DNA from: Octopus sinensis
Taxonomy: Eukaryota
Direction of reading: 5' to 3'
Length of the DNA: 64,000 bases
Assembly (NCBI RefSeq): GCF_006345805.1
Contig: NC_043007.1
Coordinates: forward strand, 186,001-250,000
Under the pieces are notes generated by a model. It was not told the DNA's origin. It did no database searches and worked only from the letters and a program-made list of their open reading frames with translations. Of this stretch, positions 52,298 through 64,000 are shown piece by piece. Both the position numbers and the translations under genes were made by a program. The first letter of the stretch is position 1; the number at the start of each line of letters is the position of its first letter.

Positions 52298-54829
52298 GAT
52301 GTATATATATCTATCAATACACACACACACACATACGCACATATATATATATTTATGTGTGTGTGTGTGTGTAAGTTCTTTCTTGTATACGAACCTATAG
52401 AGCGGAAAATTTGCAACAACTTTATGTGTTTAATGAATGGCATCATTGTAAGAGGAGTATTTCTTTCCGATAATAGAAATCCCCGGAACATTTCGATCTC
52501 TAATATCTGGATCATTTACCATCTCAGTGTTCCTGCGTCTCACAAGGGAAATAAGTCTTTCTAATGCAGTCCTCGTCCACCAGAATATGAATGGGCTTTT
52601 TGCGTGTTTGGATTTATTCCCCGAATTATGGAGCGAATGAAATAGCGAACGAGCGTAAGGAAGTTAGAGACAGAGAAACACATCCGCCATATTTATTGAC
52701 ACACTTTATATATTTTTCTACCAAGATGTTTTTATAAAATATTTTTTCGTTCATTTTTGTTGTTGTTTGTTTGTTTGTTTGCTAGAATCATCCTGATTCT
52801 GCTCGTTGGGAAACAAGTAAACAACGAATGAAATATCATACGAGGTATAATAAATGAATTATTGAATAGATGTATATAATAAATTAATAGTAATAATATT
52901 CTGAAAGACGATATTATATTGGAATGAATAAAAATAGCTATACAAATGTTGGGAGGAACTAAAATTACGTTAAAAATGAGAAAAGTGGTGCAAAGAAATA
53001 AAGTGTATAGCAAAAGAAATAGAAAATAGAAAATAAATTTAAGCGTAAATACAAAATACGCCAAAAAATTTAACGTAGATAAAATATATATTAATAGACG
53101 CACTTTAAAATGCCTTTGATTAAAATATCCTTGTATATAACATTGCTGACATGTATACAGATGTGGGACGATACTAGCTGTGATATTTTCATTCAGAGAA
53201 ACTTCCCAAAGAGACTTGTGTTTAAAAGATAGGGAATCGCTAAAAATGCCTGTATATTGCCGTACATGGTTTCGACCTGATTTCCTTTTCTCAGTGACGA
53301 ATACTCGGACGCTCTGAGCTAAGCTGGAAAATGGTTTTGTTGATATAGAAGTCAGTAAACAAAACGTTTGCTAGCAAACAAAACGAAAGCTAGCAACGCT
53401 GGAATTAAATAGACACACTCGAAACAAACTTCGGTTAAAAAATACCAGTGTGGATAATACGTACAATGAGTATACAAACGCAGAATAGCACTCGTATTAA
53501 TATGCTGTCTAAAACGACTTGTAAATAAAATTTTGTAACAATGAGCTGTTTTGCAGTGAGGTGTAAAATATCTGCGTTTAGACGCAAATTCTTTTCTGAT
53601 GAAAGAACCAAAATCCGAAACGTTACATATTTTAACTGCACGTAATTAATATTCCTGTTACATTTAAGCGTTGATTAAACTTTACCGATGCAGAATACTC
53701 CCAACTGCTTCCGTTTTCCCCTATCATATATTAATATTTTCTAACAAAGGATAACTGATCGCAAGTATTGACGGGTACATTATTTTATCGACCCTATATA
53801 ATGAAAGTGGAAGTATTCTACTGCGTCATTTGAACCTAAATCATAATATTTTCTAGACACTCTTACGATTCCTACCAGTAACAAATAAAATATATTTTTA
53901 CCCATAAGTCTCTTTCAGAAGATTTTCTGAGGCAAGATATTAAAGCTAATGCTGTTCATGTCTATCCTAATATTGATTTCTCCCAGTTGGCACAAAGTTA
54001 ACATGTTGAAAAAATAATGAAGGGGTTGTAATCGATTTAATTGATAAAATATAACACTAATACTTACGTTATCGATGCCATAATGATGAAAAGAAATTTA
54101 CAGACGGACATGGCTTGAACCAGGAATCGGAAAAAGATTAAAATAATTATCGTTATTCAGTTCTTTCGATTAACTAATATGTTGGTTACTGGAAGAGTAG
54201 TCGACAGTTTTAATGTGTTTCCAACAAATACGTGTGAGACATAAACATTTCAGATTTAAAGTAATTATAAAGTCTATTATTTAACTCGTTATCGAACTAT
54301 TTTGCTTTTACAGCTCTCTCTGGCAACTTAACAACCAATAACCTACATTTCTTGAATTACATCAAACCGTCAATAAGAGTCGGCAAGCTTGAATTTTTGC
54401 TTCGAAAGCATAAAATGAAAGACCATCCGGTTTTATAGCATAATGGTATTTTTTATTCTCTTCTTGTGTTTTTTTTTACATAGCACCAATCGAAACATGC
54501 TCTTTTGACAGCACGTTTCCTTCGAAAGTCTTCCACTGAAGATCACGAAACAATCAATAAAACATCTTATCGATAATTGTATTACATCACTTCGCTTTTT
54601 CACCCGTAACCATTAATATTATTTTTTGAAAAATATGTTATTGTCGATAAATTCTACTGATTCAATTGTAAACAGTTCTCACGTACAACGTACATGCATT
54701 TCCTAGAATATATATATACATACATACATACATATATATACATACACCACACACACACACACCACACACACACACACCACACACACACACCACGCATATA
54801 TATTATATATACATATACATATATATATA

Positions 54830-54881
<52 letters not shown>

Positions 54882-54931
54882 TATATCTATTCATGTTATA
54901 TATGTATATTGTACGTATATATTACATTATG

Positions 54932-54987
<56 letters not shown>

Positions 54988-55034
54988 TATATATATATTA
55001 TATGTATATAAATGTATGTGTGTGTCTGCTATAA

Positions 55035-55120
<86 letters not shown>

Positions 55121-55769
55121 CATACAGAGATACAATATATGTATGTACTTATATATGTGCGTGAGTATGTTCGCGAATGTGTGTGTAGGTATGTCAAAAT
55201 GTAAGTATCTATATATTCACCCGTGAACGTTTATACTTCTTTACAGAAACGTTATACACATAATACATTTAGAGAGAGAATTCAGCGAATACCCGAAGTC
55301 TTTAAAGCATCGGGCGAGGCATCTGCAATGTCTCTTCATAGTCTGAGTTCAAATTCCGTTGAGGTCAAACTTCTCTTTCAAACTTCCGGATTTGAGAATG
55401 AAGTATCTTTCCTAGGTAAAGGATTGCAAAAACATTTATTCCAGCCCTCTGTATAGTGAATTCAAAATCCCGCCATGATCCATTTAGATGATAGAATTAA
55501 TGTCTTACTTGGTTTAGCATAACCAGGCGCCTTAAGGGCATTTAACGGAGTTAACTGTTGCAAGCGTTCGGGCCTTTCTCTATCCACCGGTCTCGGAGTC
55601 CTACACTGTGTGCACGCATGCACGCACAAACACACACACATACAGGCACGCACAAACACACACATACAGGCACGCACACACAAGCACACAAACGCGCGCA
55701 CAAGCATACGGACATGGACACACACGCACACACATACACACACTCACAATACAAACACACACACACATG

Positions 55770-56010
55770 GCAAGGTAGAGACAACTTTCGTTCAGGAATG
55801 ACTATGGGATTGTACATAGAAAGTTCTCCTCTGAGGAACAAGTCCGGACAATTGACCATGCATACCAGTCTCACCTCTCCATGCCACAGATGTTGTCCAA
55901 GGGTAAGGCAAACGCCGATACAGCTTCGGACCAGTGACATTGTGACTTGTTTCTACAGCAGAGTGAACAGGGGTATCGTGAAATAAAGTGTCTTCCTCAA
56001 GAACACTCTT
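55770..56010 (-). mobile_element. SINE family G, diverged
   Basis: Collinear with 40781-41050. Confidence 0.7.
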
Positions 56011-56070
56011 TCCGGCCCATGCTCTTGTATGGAGGTTTGTGAATGAATCAACAACTAGAAAAGGCGGTTG

Positions 56071-56102
<32 letters not shown>

Positions 56103-56232
56103 TATTACCAAAATTGCTTTTGGTGGGGATAAATGAATATACAAAAACTCAAAAGCTAAATTAGTGAGATGAAGCATGTACAGTGATGGCTATGTGATCA
56201 TGAATTAAAATACATACTGAGACTAAAGTTGG

Positions 56233-56720
56233 TTATGCCTTAATATTTAGGTGTGTTCTGTATTTTTCGATAAATAAATTTTCTTTATTGAAACGTTCTT
56301 GTACAGAAATTATTTCTTTGCACCAGCAAATGGTGAAAACTGTGAAATTTGGTTGGATATTACCTGCACATCTCTCTTTGTGTTCACTGCAAAGAATCTG
56401 TCTGTACTTTGAGAAACGGATCTGTTCCTTATGTAGTGTGGTTTTCCGTCTAAGTGCCATGCTTGTCTGTCCTGTATAATTGTCAGTAACCTAAACAAGT
56501 TATAACATAAATGAGATTGTCGGAAGCACATGTGAAGTTGGTTTTAATTGTGAACATCTCTCCTTGTTTGAATAGGAATTCCGAGTCTTCCAGAAGGTTG
56601 GTTCATGTTCCACATTTAGACGTCCAAGTTTTTTAACCATTGGTTTCGTAGTTATTGTGTAAAACATCGTATTTGTCAGAAGTCTTTTCAGCGATTTGTG
56701 TTGCCTTTTGCATTCGATGA
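56233..56720 (-). mobile_element. Penelope-like retroelement 3' coding remnant (GIY-YIG endonuclease)
   Basis: FTIKTNFTCASDNLIYVITCLGY*..(frameshift)YTGQTSMALRRKTTLHKEQIR...SEH.ERC...ERFNKENLFIEKY..LN fits the PLE GIY-YIG pattern (FTC..N.IY.I.C..C...Y.GQT...L..R...H). Confidence 0.82.
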
Positions 56721-57472
56721 ATTTATGCGAATACACACATATATGTAAGTATGCATAGTTGCGTGCAATCATACACTCACACACGTCTGTGTAAATACAC
56801 GCACACTCGCACAGAATACCGAAAAGACGTGCGAAATTTCTTCCACGTGATTAAAAGATAAAATCTTTACGAGAGGAAAACCTTAACCAGGCAGCGAAGT
56901 GTTAGCGATTCCTCCAGAAGAAAGGGAATATTTTAAGACATCACCATTTTTAAGAAGATAATACACCTGATTAAGTTGAGCACAGTCGCATCTTTATTTG
57001 CATACAGCCTATGGTCATGCGTACTGCGGTATTAGATTTCATTAGTCTAATCTAGCTCCCAGATCAGGTGATGGGGATATACGAATAGAAAAATAGATAC
57101 GTATTCATTTGGTCACTACAGTAGACATAATGAGAAATAATATTCGCTAAAGAAAAAAACTGAGAAATGAGACAATGACATCGATTGAAATAATTCATTT
57201 AAAATTGTCTGTAGTTTTCCCTTGGTTATAAGCCATACTTCAGGCTCTCTGCATAAAAGTGCAAATTATTTTAAAATATTAATTCGATACTTCTTGATAT
57301 TATCTCTTTGAGCATCGCTAACAATTACCACCTAGCTTGAGTTTTTATCCAAATTACAAAGAAAATTCAATTAATAAGTAATTTCTTAAGGAAATAGTTT
57401 ATGCTTTAGTTCATCTGAGTGGTTACCTTTAGTTTGCTTCATTTTTAATGCTACAAATTAGGCAATCCGTTG

Positions 57473-57925
57473 GGACTTACTTGGACTTACTTGTACTTGT
57501 GGCAGCATTCACTCTGGGCGGGTTGAGTCGGCTTCTTTCTACTCATGGAAGAAGTTTCGTGGGAATATGTGGATTTCACAAGCGGTCTCCAACAATCCCG
57601 CATGTGCAGACATCCTGTTTGCCGCAGATTGTCCGCAGACGCAGGGACAGAACGTCCGAGGAGCCGCCGGTTGCCGAAGCAGATACTCCGAGGATTTTCA
57701 CCAGAGCCCCGTCTGCCGGGTTGTGGCCCTAATACCACTCGGTGTCAGGCCAATCTTCCTTGGGTGGCCCTACCAGGAACCGAGGTTCCCGACGGCATAG
57801 CTCTGACACTACCCGTTGCCAGCGTCCCCACCACGGTGAGGAGGGGATGGACTTTGGGGACGCAACACTGGGACGGTACCCAGATGATGATTTGGCTGTC
57901 GATGATCTACGTATGCTGCAGTGAA
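57473..57925 (-). mobile_element. GC-rich LINE 3' end, RTE-like, degenerate
   Basis: Minus-strand remnants R.PRFL.G / HRVVLGPQPGRRG; ends in short tandem caagtaagtc repeats, as RTE tails do. Confidence 0.5.
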
Positions 57926-58183
57926 TATGCGATAAGCTTCATGTATTTTCTCAGTGTTTTGTTAAGCAACAAGGTTTGGCTATTTTAGATTTATTCGTTG
58001 TAGTCACCTTCTGCAACCAATTAGTGTTGAATATCATTTAAAACTTTAAATTCTGTTGAGTCAGTCAGTTAAATATCTTTTAATACACTGATATACATTC
58101 ATTTGAAATATGTTCTTAAGCACAGCCAAGAATCGCTATTCAATTGTAAAAATATTGTTATAACAATATTTTAGTGTATAACA

Positions 58184-58580
58184 AGGCAGCGAGCTGGCAG
58201 AAGCGTTAGCACGCCGGACGAAATGCTTAGCGGTATTTCGTCTGCGTTACGTTGTGAGTTCAAATTCCGCCGAGGTCGACTTTGCCTTTCATCCTTTCGG
58301 GGTCGATAAATTAAGTACCAGTTACGACCTGGGGTCGATGTAATCGACTTAATACCTATGTCTGTCCTTGTTTGTCCCCTCTGTGTTTAGCCCCTTGTGG
58401 GTAATAAAGAAATAGGTATTTCGCCTGTCTTTATGTTCTGAGTTTAAATTGCGCCGTGGTCGATTTTGCCTTTCATCCTTTCGAGGTCGAAAAATTAAGT
58501 ACTATTTGGGTATTGTGGTCGATCTAATCGACTAGCCCCCTCCCACAAAATTTCGGGCCTTATGCCTAGAGTAGAAAAGA
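58184..58580 (+). mobile_element. SINE A dimer (A + A2)
   Basis: Junction aaatag|gtatttcg near 58415; one TSD atatt(t/c)tagtgtataaca (58166-58183, 58581-58598) spans the dimer. Confidence 0.9.
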
Positions 58581-60205
58581 ATATTCTAGTGTATAACATT
58601 TTAACGCCCACACTTCATTCCAGTTTTTCAGAGGAAGTGATTTGAAGTTTATGCTGTTTACATCTTTCTGAGTATTATTGACGGCTTTCAGTAGTATTTT
58701 TTCCAACAATGGCACGTATTGCAACGAGACAAGTGGTCTTAAGTACTTGAATCCTATGCTGCTGAGAACAAGGATATCTTTCTGTCGCACAAATACGGCC
58801 TGGAATACATAGAAGGAAATTCAACACAATTTATATATCAAATATTTCAAAGTCAAAGATATTGACTTCCTTTAGGATATGTGTAAAATGTACTCTTCCC
58901 CGTGGAACCGAATCTAAGACTACGAAGTAGCTTTAAGATACGCCATTATAGTATGTATACCAAGTTCCCCATGAAGTTTCAAAATAGCCTGAGCAGAAGT
59001 CGAAAGGGGGAATTTACAGGACCATACTACCTATCCCCCGTACTATTGTTCAAAATAAGGTGTGATATGTTGGTGCTTGATATTGCTGGACACCAGGGGA
59101 TATCCGATGAAATTTTGGGGGTGACAAAATAATAGAGGTTTATGACTACTCAGCTACATTAATAATTTTGGTAGAAACACACATAAAATTAAGGTTCAAT
59201 CAAAATTCATGATGTATAGAAATTTCTGGTGTAGCATGGTAAAACGTATCTTGATTGTTGCCGCTTGATGAAATCCTAATATTTAGCAGCAAAATAAACT
59301 TCATCACTGATGGCGATGATTTATTTATGAAATACTTCTTGTTAGTTCATGTCAGTTATCATAAACAATACTAATGCTAACCATATAAGTTATAACGTTT
59401 TTAGAACTCTGTATTAACGGGAGATGTAATTTGTAATAAATAAATTCAAGGAAGTGGTGTGTTGGAAGAAACTTATTCTTAATCTACGGATCGATGACGG
59501 AGGTGATAAAAACTTATTTATGATCAACGATAATGAAATTGATTGTGTATAATGATACGAATATCAAATTCGATGGCATTTTAAGAGCGTTGAACAGAAC
59601 TTTAAGTGTCCTCCATTTTAATGATCTAAGAGAGACAAAGAAAATAAAGACTTGTACAAACCGTTTAGAGGAAGACATACAACGCTCAAGTCAACAAACC
59701 CCTCTCTCTTCTCCTCGCTAATTCTACCTATTTCGTTCATCATTCTTTTCTTCCCTCTTTATCTCTATCTTCTCGGTCTCTCTGCATCAACTGAATATTC
59801 CATGCAGCGAGTTGAAGTGAAATCAAAGACTTGAAAAGATATGACGCAAAATATTTAAGTTCTACCATATTCTAACACAGTTAAAGTTGGAGTAAATCTA
59901 TCACTGCCTGCTCACATTTTAACAATAAATTATTATACAATCCCTAAATCTTAAAATTAGTATTGAAAGACACTTAACATTCCACCCAACTAGATTCATC
60001 TAATGTCCAGCTAATCTCATAAAAACAGAAAATAGTTTTCACTATTCTACAGCCGTAGTGGTGTAAGCGAAGGGTGAACGTCAGAGAAGACGTTGAACTG
60101 TCGATGTAATAGAGTTACGTACTTCTATATGTATGAATTTATATTGTGCAAGCGCGTTTGTATACAAACACACACACACGCATATAAGTATATATGTGTA
60201 TATAT

Positions 60206-60390
60206 AGTTACTCCAAAACATGAACAAAGAGAAAATACAACAACACGAGGACGTTATTGTACGCTCAGGAAAGGAAAGAAAGAAGGAGGGTATAACGTTT
60301 CGAGCGGAGCTCTTCGTCAGAAACATAGGAAAAAAAGAAAAGTCCAAGGAAGGGAAGACGGAGAAAGAAAACATACATACGCGGTCACAT
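60206..60390 (-). mobile_element. Family D, diverged copy with canonical core CTGACGA (60290-60324)
   Basis: Minus strand GTTT CTGACGA A GAGC tcc GCTC GAAA CGTT ATAC. Confidence 0.75.
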
Positions 60391-60405
60391 ATTGAACTCA
60401 ATATG

Positions 60406-60454
<49 letters not shown>

Positions 60455-60820
60455 TTTTATTCTTTTATTTGTTTCAGTCATTTGACTGCGGCCATACTGG
60501 AGCACTGCCTTTAAGTCGAGCAAATCGACCCCAGGACTTATTCTTTGTAGACCTAGTACTTATTCTATCGACCCCTTCTTGCCGTACCGTTAGGTTACGG
60601 GGACGTAAATACACCAGCATCGGTTGTCAAGCGTTGGTGCGCATACCTATACAAATATACGACAGGCTTCTTTCATTTTCCGTCTAAAAAATCCACCCAC
60701 AAGGCTTTGGTTGGCCCGAGGCTATAGTAGAAGACTCCTGCCCAACCTGTCACGCAGTGGGACTGAACCCGGAACCACGTGGTTGGTAAGCAAGCTACTT
60801 ACCACACAGCCACTCCTGCG
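60455..60820 (-). mobile_element. SINE family B
   Basis: Consensus match; internal microsatellite collapsed. Confidence 0.85.
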
Positions 60821-60968
60821 TCTATATACATACACACATATGCATATATATGTATAGGTATATATATATGTGTGTGTATATATGAATATATGTATGTGAT
60901 ACATTTTGTTATTATTTTTGCTGAATAAAATTTGTTGAAAAATGCCGCAATAATTATGCACCAACCCC

Positions 60969-61054
<86 letters not shown>

Positions 61055-61064
61055 AGAGTTTACG

Positions 61065-61200
61065 AAAAAAAAAACAAAAGACAAAGACAGGTGGTGTACA
61101 AAACAAACAGATGTATTAGTATAACGCTCAGGAATAGAAAAAGCATTTTACGTTTCGGGCCTACGCTCTTCCACAGAAAGGGACAGAAAAAACAAGGCTA
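61065..61200 (-). mobile_element. D-related element with variant hammerhead-like motif (61145-61180)
   Basis: Shares acgctcaggaa with D; minus strand CTTT CTGTGGA A GAGC gtag GCCC GAAA CGTA AAAT. Confidence 0.5.
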
Positions 61201-61814
61201 ACGATCTATCATACATATATATATATATGCAAACGCTTTAACTTAAGGCTTAAATGTTTTGGAATGTCGAACGTTCTATGTTTATTATTAAAAATTATTG
61301 TTCGTCATCCATTTGTCATGTTTTACTATTCGTTTAATCATCAGAAGGCATTTAACTTGACAAGTGATTAGTTGAATTGATCGATATCCTTGGGCATTAT
61401 CTTTGTGACTGTTGGGATTAAACAATGGGTTCACGTCGAGTTAAGTTTTTGCTGTATGGTTGATATCTAATTTAAAAGCAATCTGTAATGTCTCAATCTA
61501 CTTCTGGTTTCTTTCTCGGAAGGATTAATATTTTTATCGGCCTACACGACAAGGTTTCTCATACGAGATTCAACAAAAGAGGCGATAAGTGATCTTGCCA
61601 ATTTCTTAGATGTTTTCTATCGTTTTCTTTTTTTTTTCCTGAAAGAATAGAGATTATCCTTTTTCTTGATAACACTGATCTTCTGAAGTCCATACTGGAA
61701 TGTACTGGTTTTATTATAGAACCTTATGTTTTTAACCATTTTTTCCACCTCAAAACAACACTTAAACCCTCGATATTATTTCCGAATTGACTCGATATAG
61801 TTTGTGTAAAATAT

Positions 61815-62300
<486 letters not shown>

Positions 62301-62964
62301 CACCTACTATTTCATTTTTCTTGCAGATTCCTAAGTATATCTATTTCATTGCCATACCTTTAACCTTACACTTTCCACGATACGCAACCACTTCTTTGAT
62401 GACTTCTCCGTTTGTCACACAGTTTTCCTATATTCTTCAATTTGGTCTCGCTTCTCCTCATATCATACATAACCGAGTGACAATGCTTCTTTATTTGATA
62501 TTAGTATATCTAAACTACATTTATTTAGAACTACAAATATCGTAAAATATCTCCTGCATAAATTATATCTTTTCTGTAACTATCCTCTTAAACTGCACCA
62601 GTTTTTATTGATTCCCTGGATATATATGTTATTCATTTTATCATATTTATACTTGTTATAATTCCTTTTATCTATACGGTGCCTTACAATACTAGTTATT
62701 TAAATACTATAAATTCTACAGCAGATTCTTCTAAAATATATTATACGCTTCTTGAACACTTTCTATTCTTGTCCAAATACGCATATTTCTTCTTGTAAAC
62801 CTTAATGGCTGTTCGCTTTTCTCTTAAAAGAAGACTCTTTTTAATATCAGTTTGCTACTAACGTATTACAAACACCAATATTTTAAACCTCCTTCCCTAC
62901 ACCCTTTCTCCATTATAAATGTATTTCGTCATTCTTTATTGTTACTCCCTTCTTTTAAGACGGG

Positions 62965-63620
62965 AGATTGGTTGGATCGTTAGAACGTCGGATGGAATGA
63001 TTTGCGATATTCGTTCTCACGCTCTCTGCAGTGAGTTCAAATCCCCTCCAGATCAACAATGCTTTTTTTTTTTAACGTCGCGTTCGAAAAATGAAGTATC
63101 AGGGAAATACCAGCATCCAAAATTTCGGTCCTTGTGCCTAGAGTAGAAAAGAATATTAATTGTATCTTTTCCCCCGGATGATGCCAACCAAAATCCTAAT
63201 AGCTTATAGCAAATATGATTTGCGTCGTCGTAATATTGCAACAATGTGGAATTATTCTACTTCTACAATGTGTAGCCAAAATTTGAACATCACGCAAGTA
63301 TATCTTATAATTTTACATATGTGACTAAATTGTATTTTTCGAGCAAGAAAAAGACTACAATTAAATGAGTTTCTTAATCAAATTTGTTGCAAAGTATTAC
63401 CATTTTTCAGGTAGTGAGATGGCAGAATCGTTAGCATGCCGGAAAGAAATAATTAAAGGCATTTATTCAGATTTTATCTGCTGAGTTCAAATTCCGCCGA
63501 GGCGGATAAATGAAAGCCATCATTAGGTGGTCGATAAAATAAGTACCAGTCATGAACTGGCGTCGATGTAATCGACAATCACCCTCCCCCAAAATGTCAA
63601 GCGCCTTATATTTATATAGT
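62965..63620 (+). mobile_element. Two old SINE A2 copies (~62965-63160, ~63410-63620)
   Basis: gagttcaaat B boxes; aaaatttcggtccttgtgcctagagtagaaaagaat tail. Confidence 0.6.
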
Positions 63621-64000
63621 AAAGAGAACTTAGGGCAACGTTTCCAGCTAGCAAGCATACATGTTGAGAAAATAGGCCCTTTCCATGACATCATAGTCAT
63701 TAATTCGAGTCTATTTAGGGTCACATCGATTAATATTTAACGACAGACTACATAGGGAAATGTGAGTCTTAAAGCCAATAAAGCACAGGAATCGCTGGGA
63801 ATCTGGCTGCTATTTCTAGCAGACTGCCCTGATCACGTAGACGCTCTTTAATTGACTTCACTTAACGAAGTACTCGTCGTTGGCAAAAGCAGAACCTGAC
63901 GCAATTCTCATAAACCAGCTTCAGTTCACGATATATCTATACTTAAAGCAAACAAAATAATATAGAACATATCATTAGGGAGACGGTCATTAAAGCACTG

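Noticed and set aside
52684-52694. Single YY1-like CCGCCATATT (also CGCCATTTT near 17442)
   Set aside because: About one such match is expected by chance in a window this size; no supporting context.
54545-54570. CTGAAGA tcac GAAA caatc hammerhead-like string
   Set aside because: No room for stem II and no stem I or III pairing.
58566-58799. Minus-strand open frame after a good acceptor (AVFVRQKDILVLSSIGFKYLRP...)
   Set aside because: No recognisable domain, no clear donor, and interrupted by a SINE dimer.

Overview
AT-rich, microsatellite-saturated animal genomic DNA. The SINE families look like those of Octopus (recognition from memory, not a search). I found no host protein-coding gene, rRNA, true tRNA or CRISPR array that I can support. 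Almost all supplied ORFs are translations of (TA)n, (CA)n, (CATA)n or (TAA)n repeats, or lie inside SINEs. The window is a nested transposon graveyard. It holds over 40 tRNA-headed SINE copies in about five families (labelled A, B, C, F, G here), two Tc1 elements, a mariner fragment, a Mutator-like element with a 9-bp TSD, and a hAT MITE. It also holds two restriction-like-endonuclease LINE fragments (one embedded in (TAA)n, Dong/R4-like), an RTE-like 3' end and a Penelope-like GIY-YIG fragment. Two patterns stand out. (1) Short (~200 bp) non-coding mobile families (D and E here) carry minimal type-I hammerhead-ribozyme-like folds with core variants (U4C; a possible U3-A8 covariant), in the same window as a Penelope-like endonuclease remnant. 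(2) Four times, flanking DNA has been copied in inverted orientation across or into (TA)n arrays, forming long hairpins. Coordinates of degenerate repeats are approximate.
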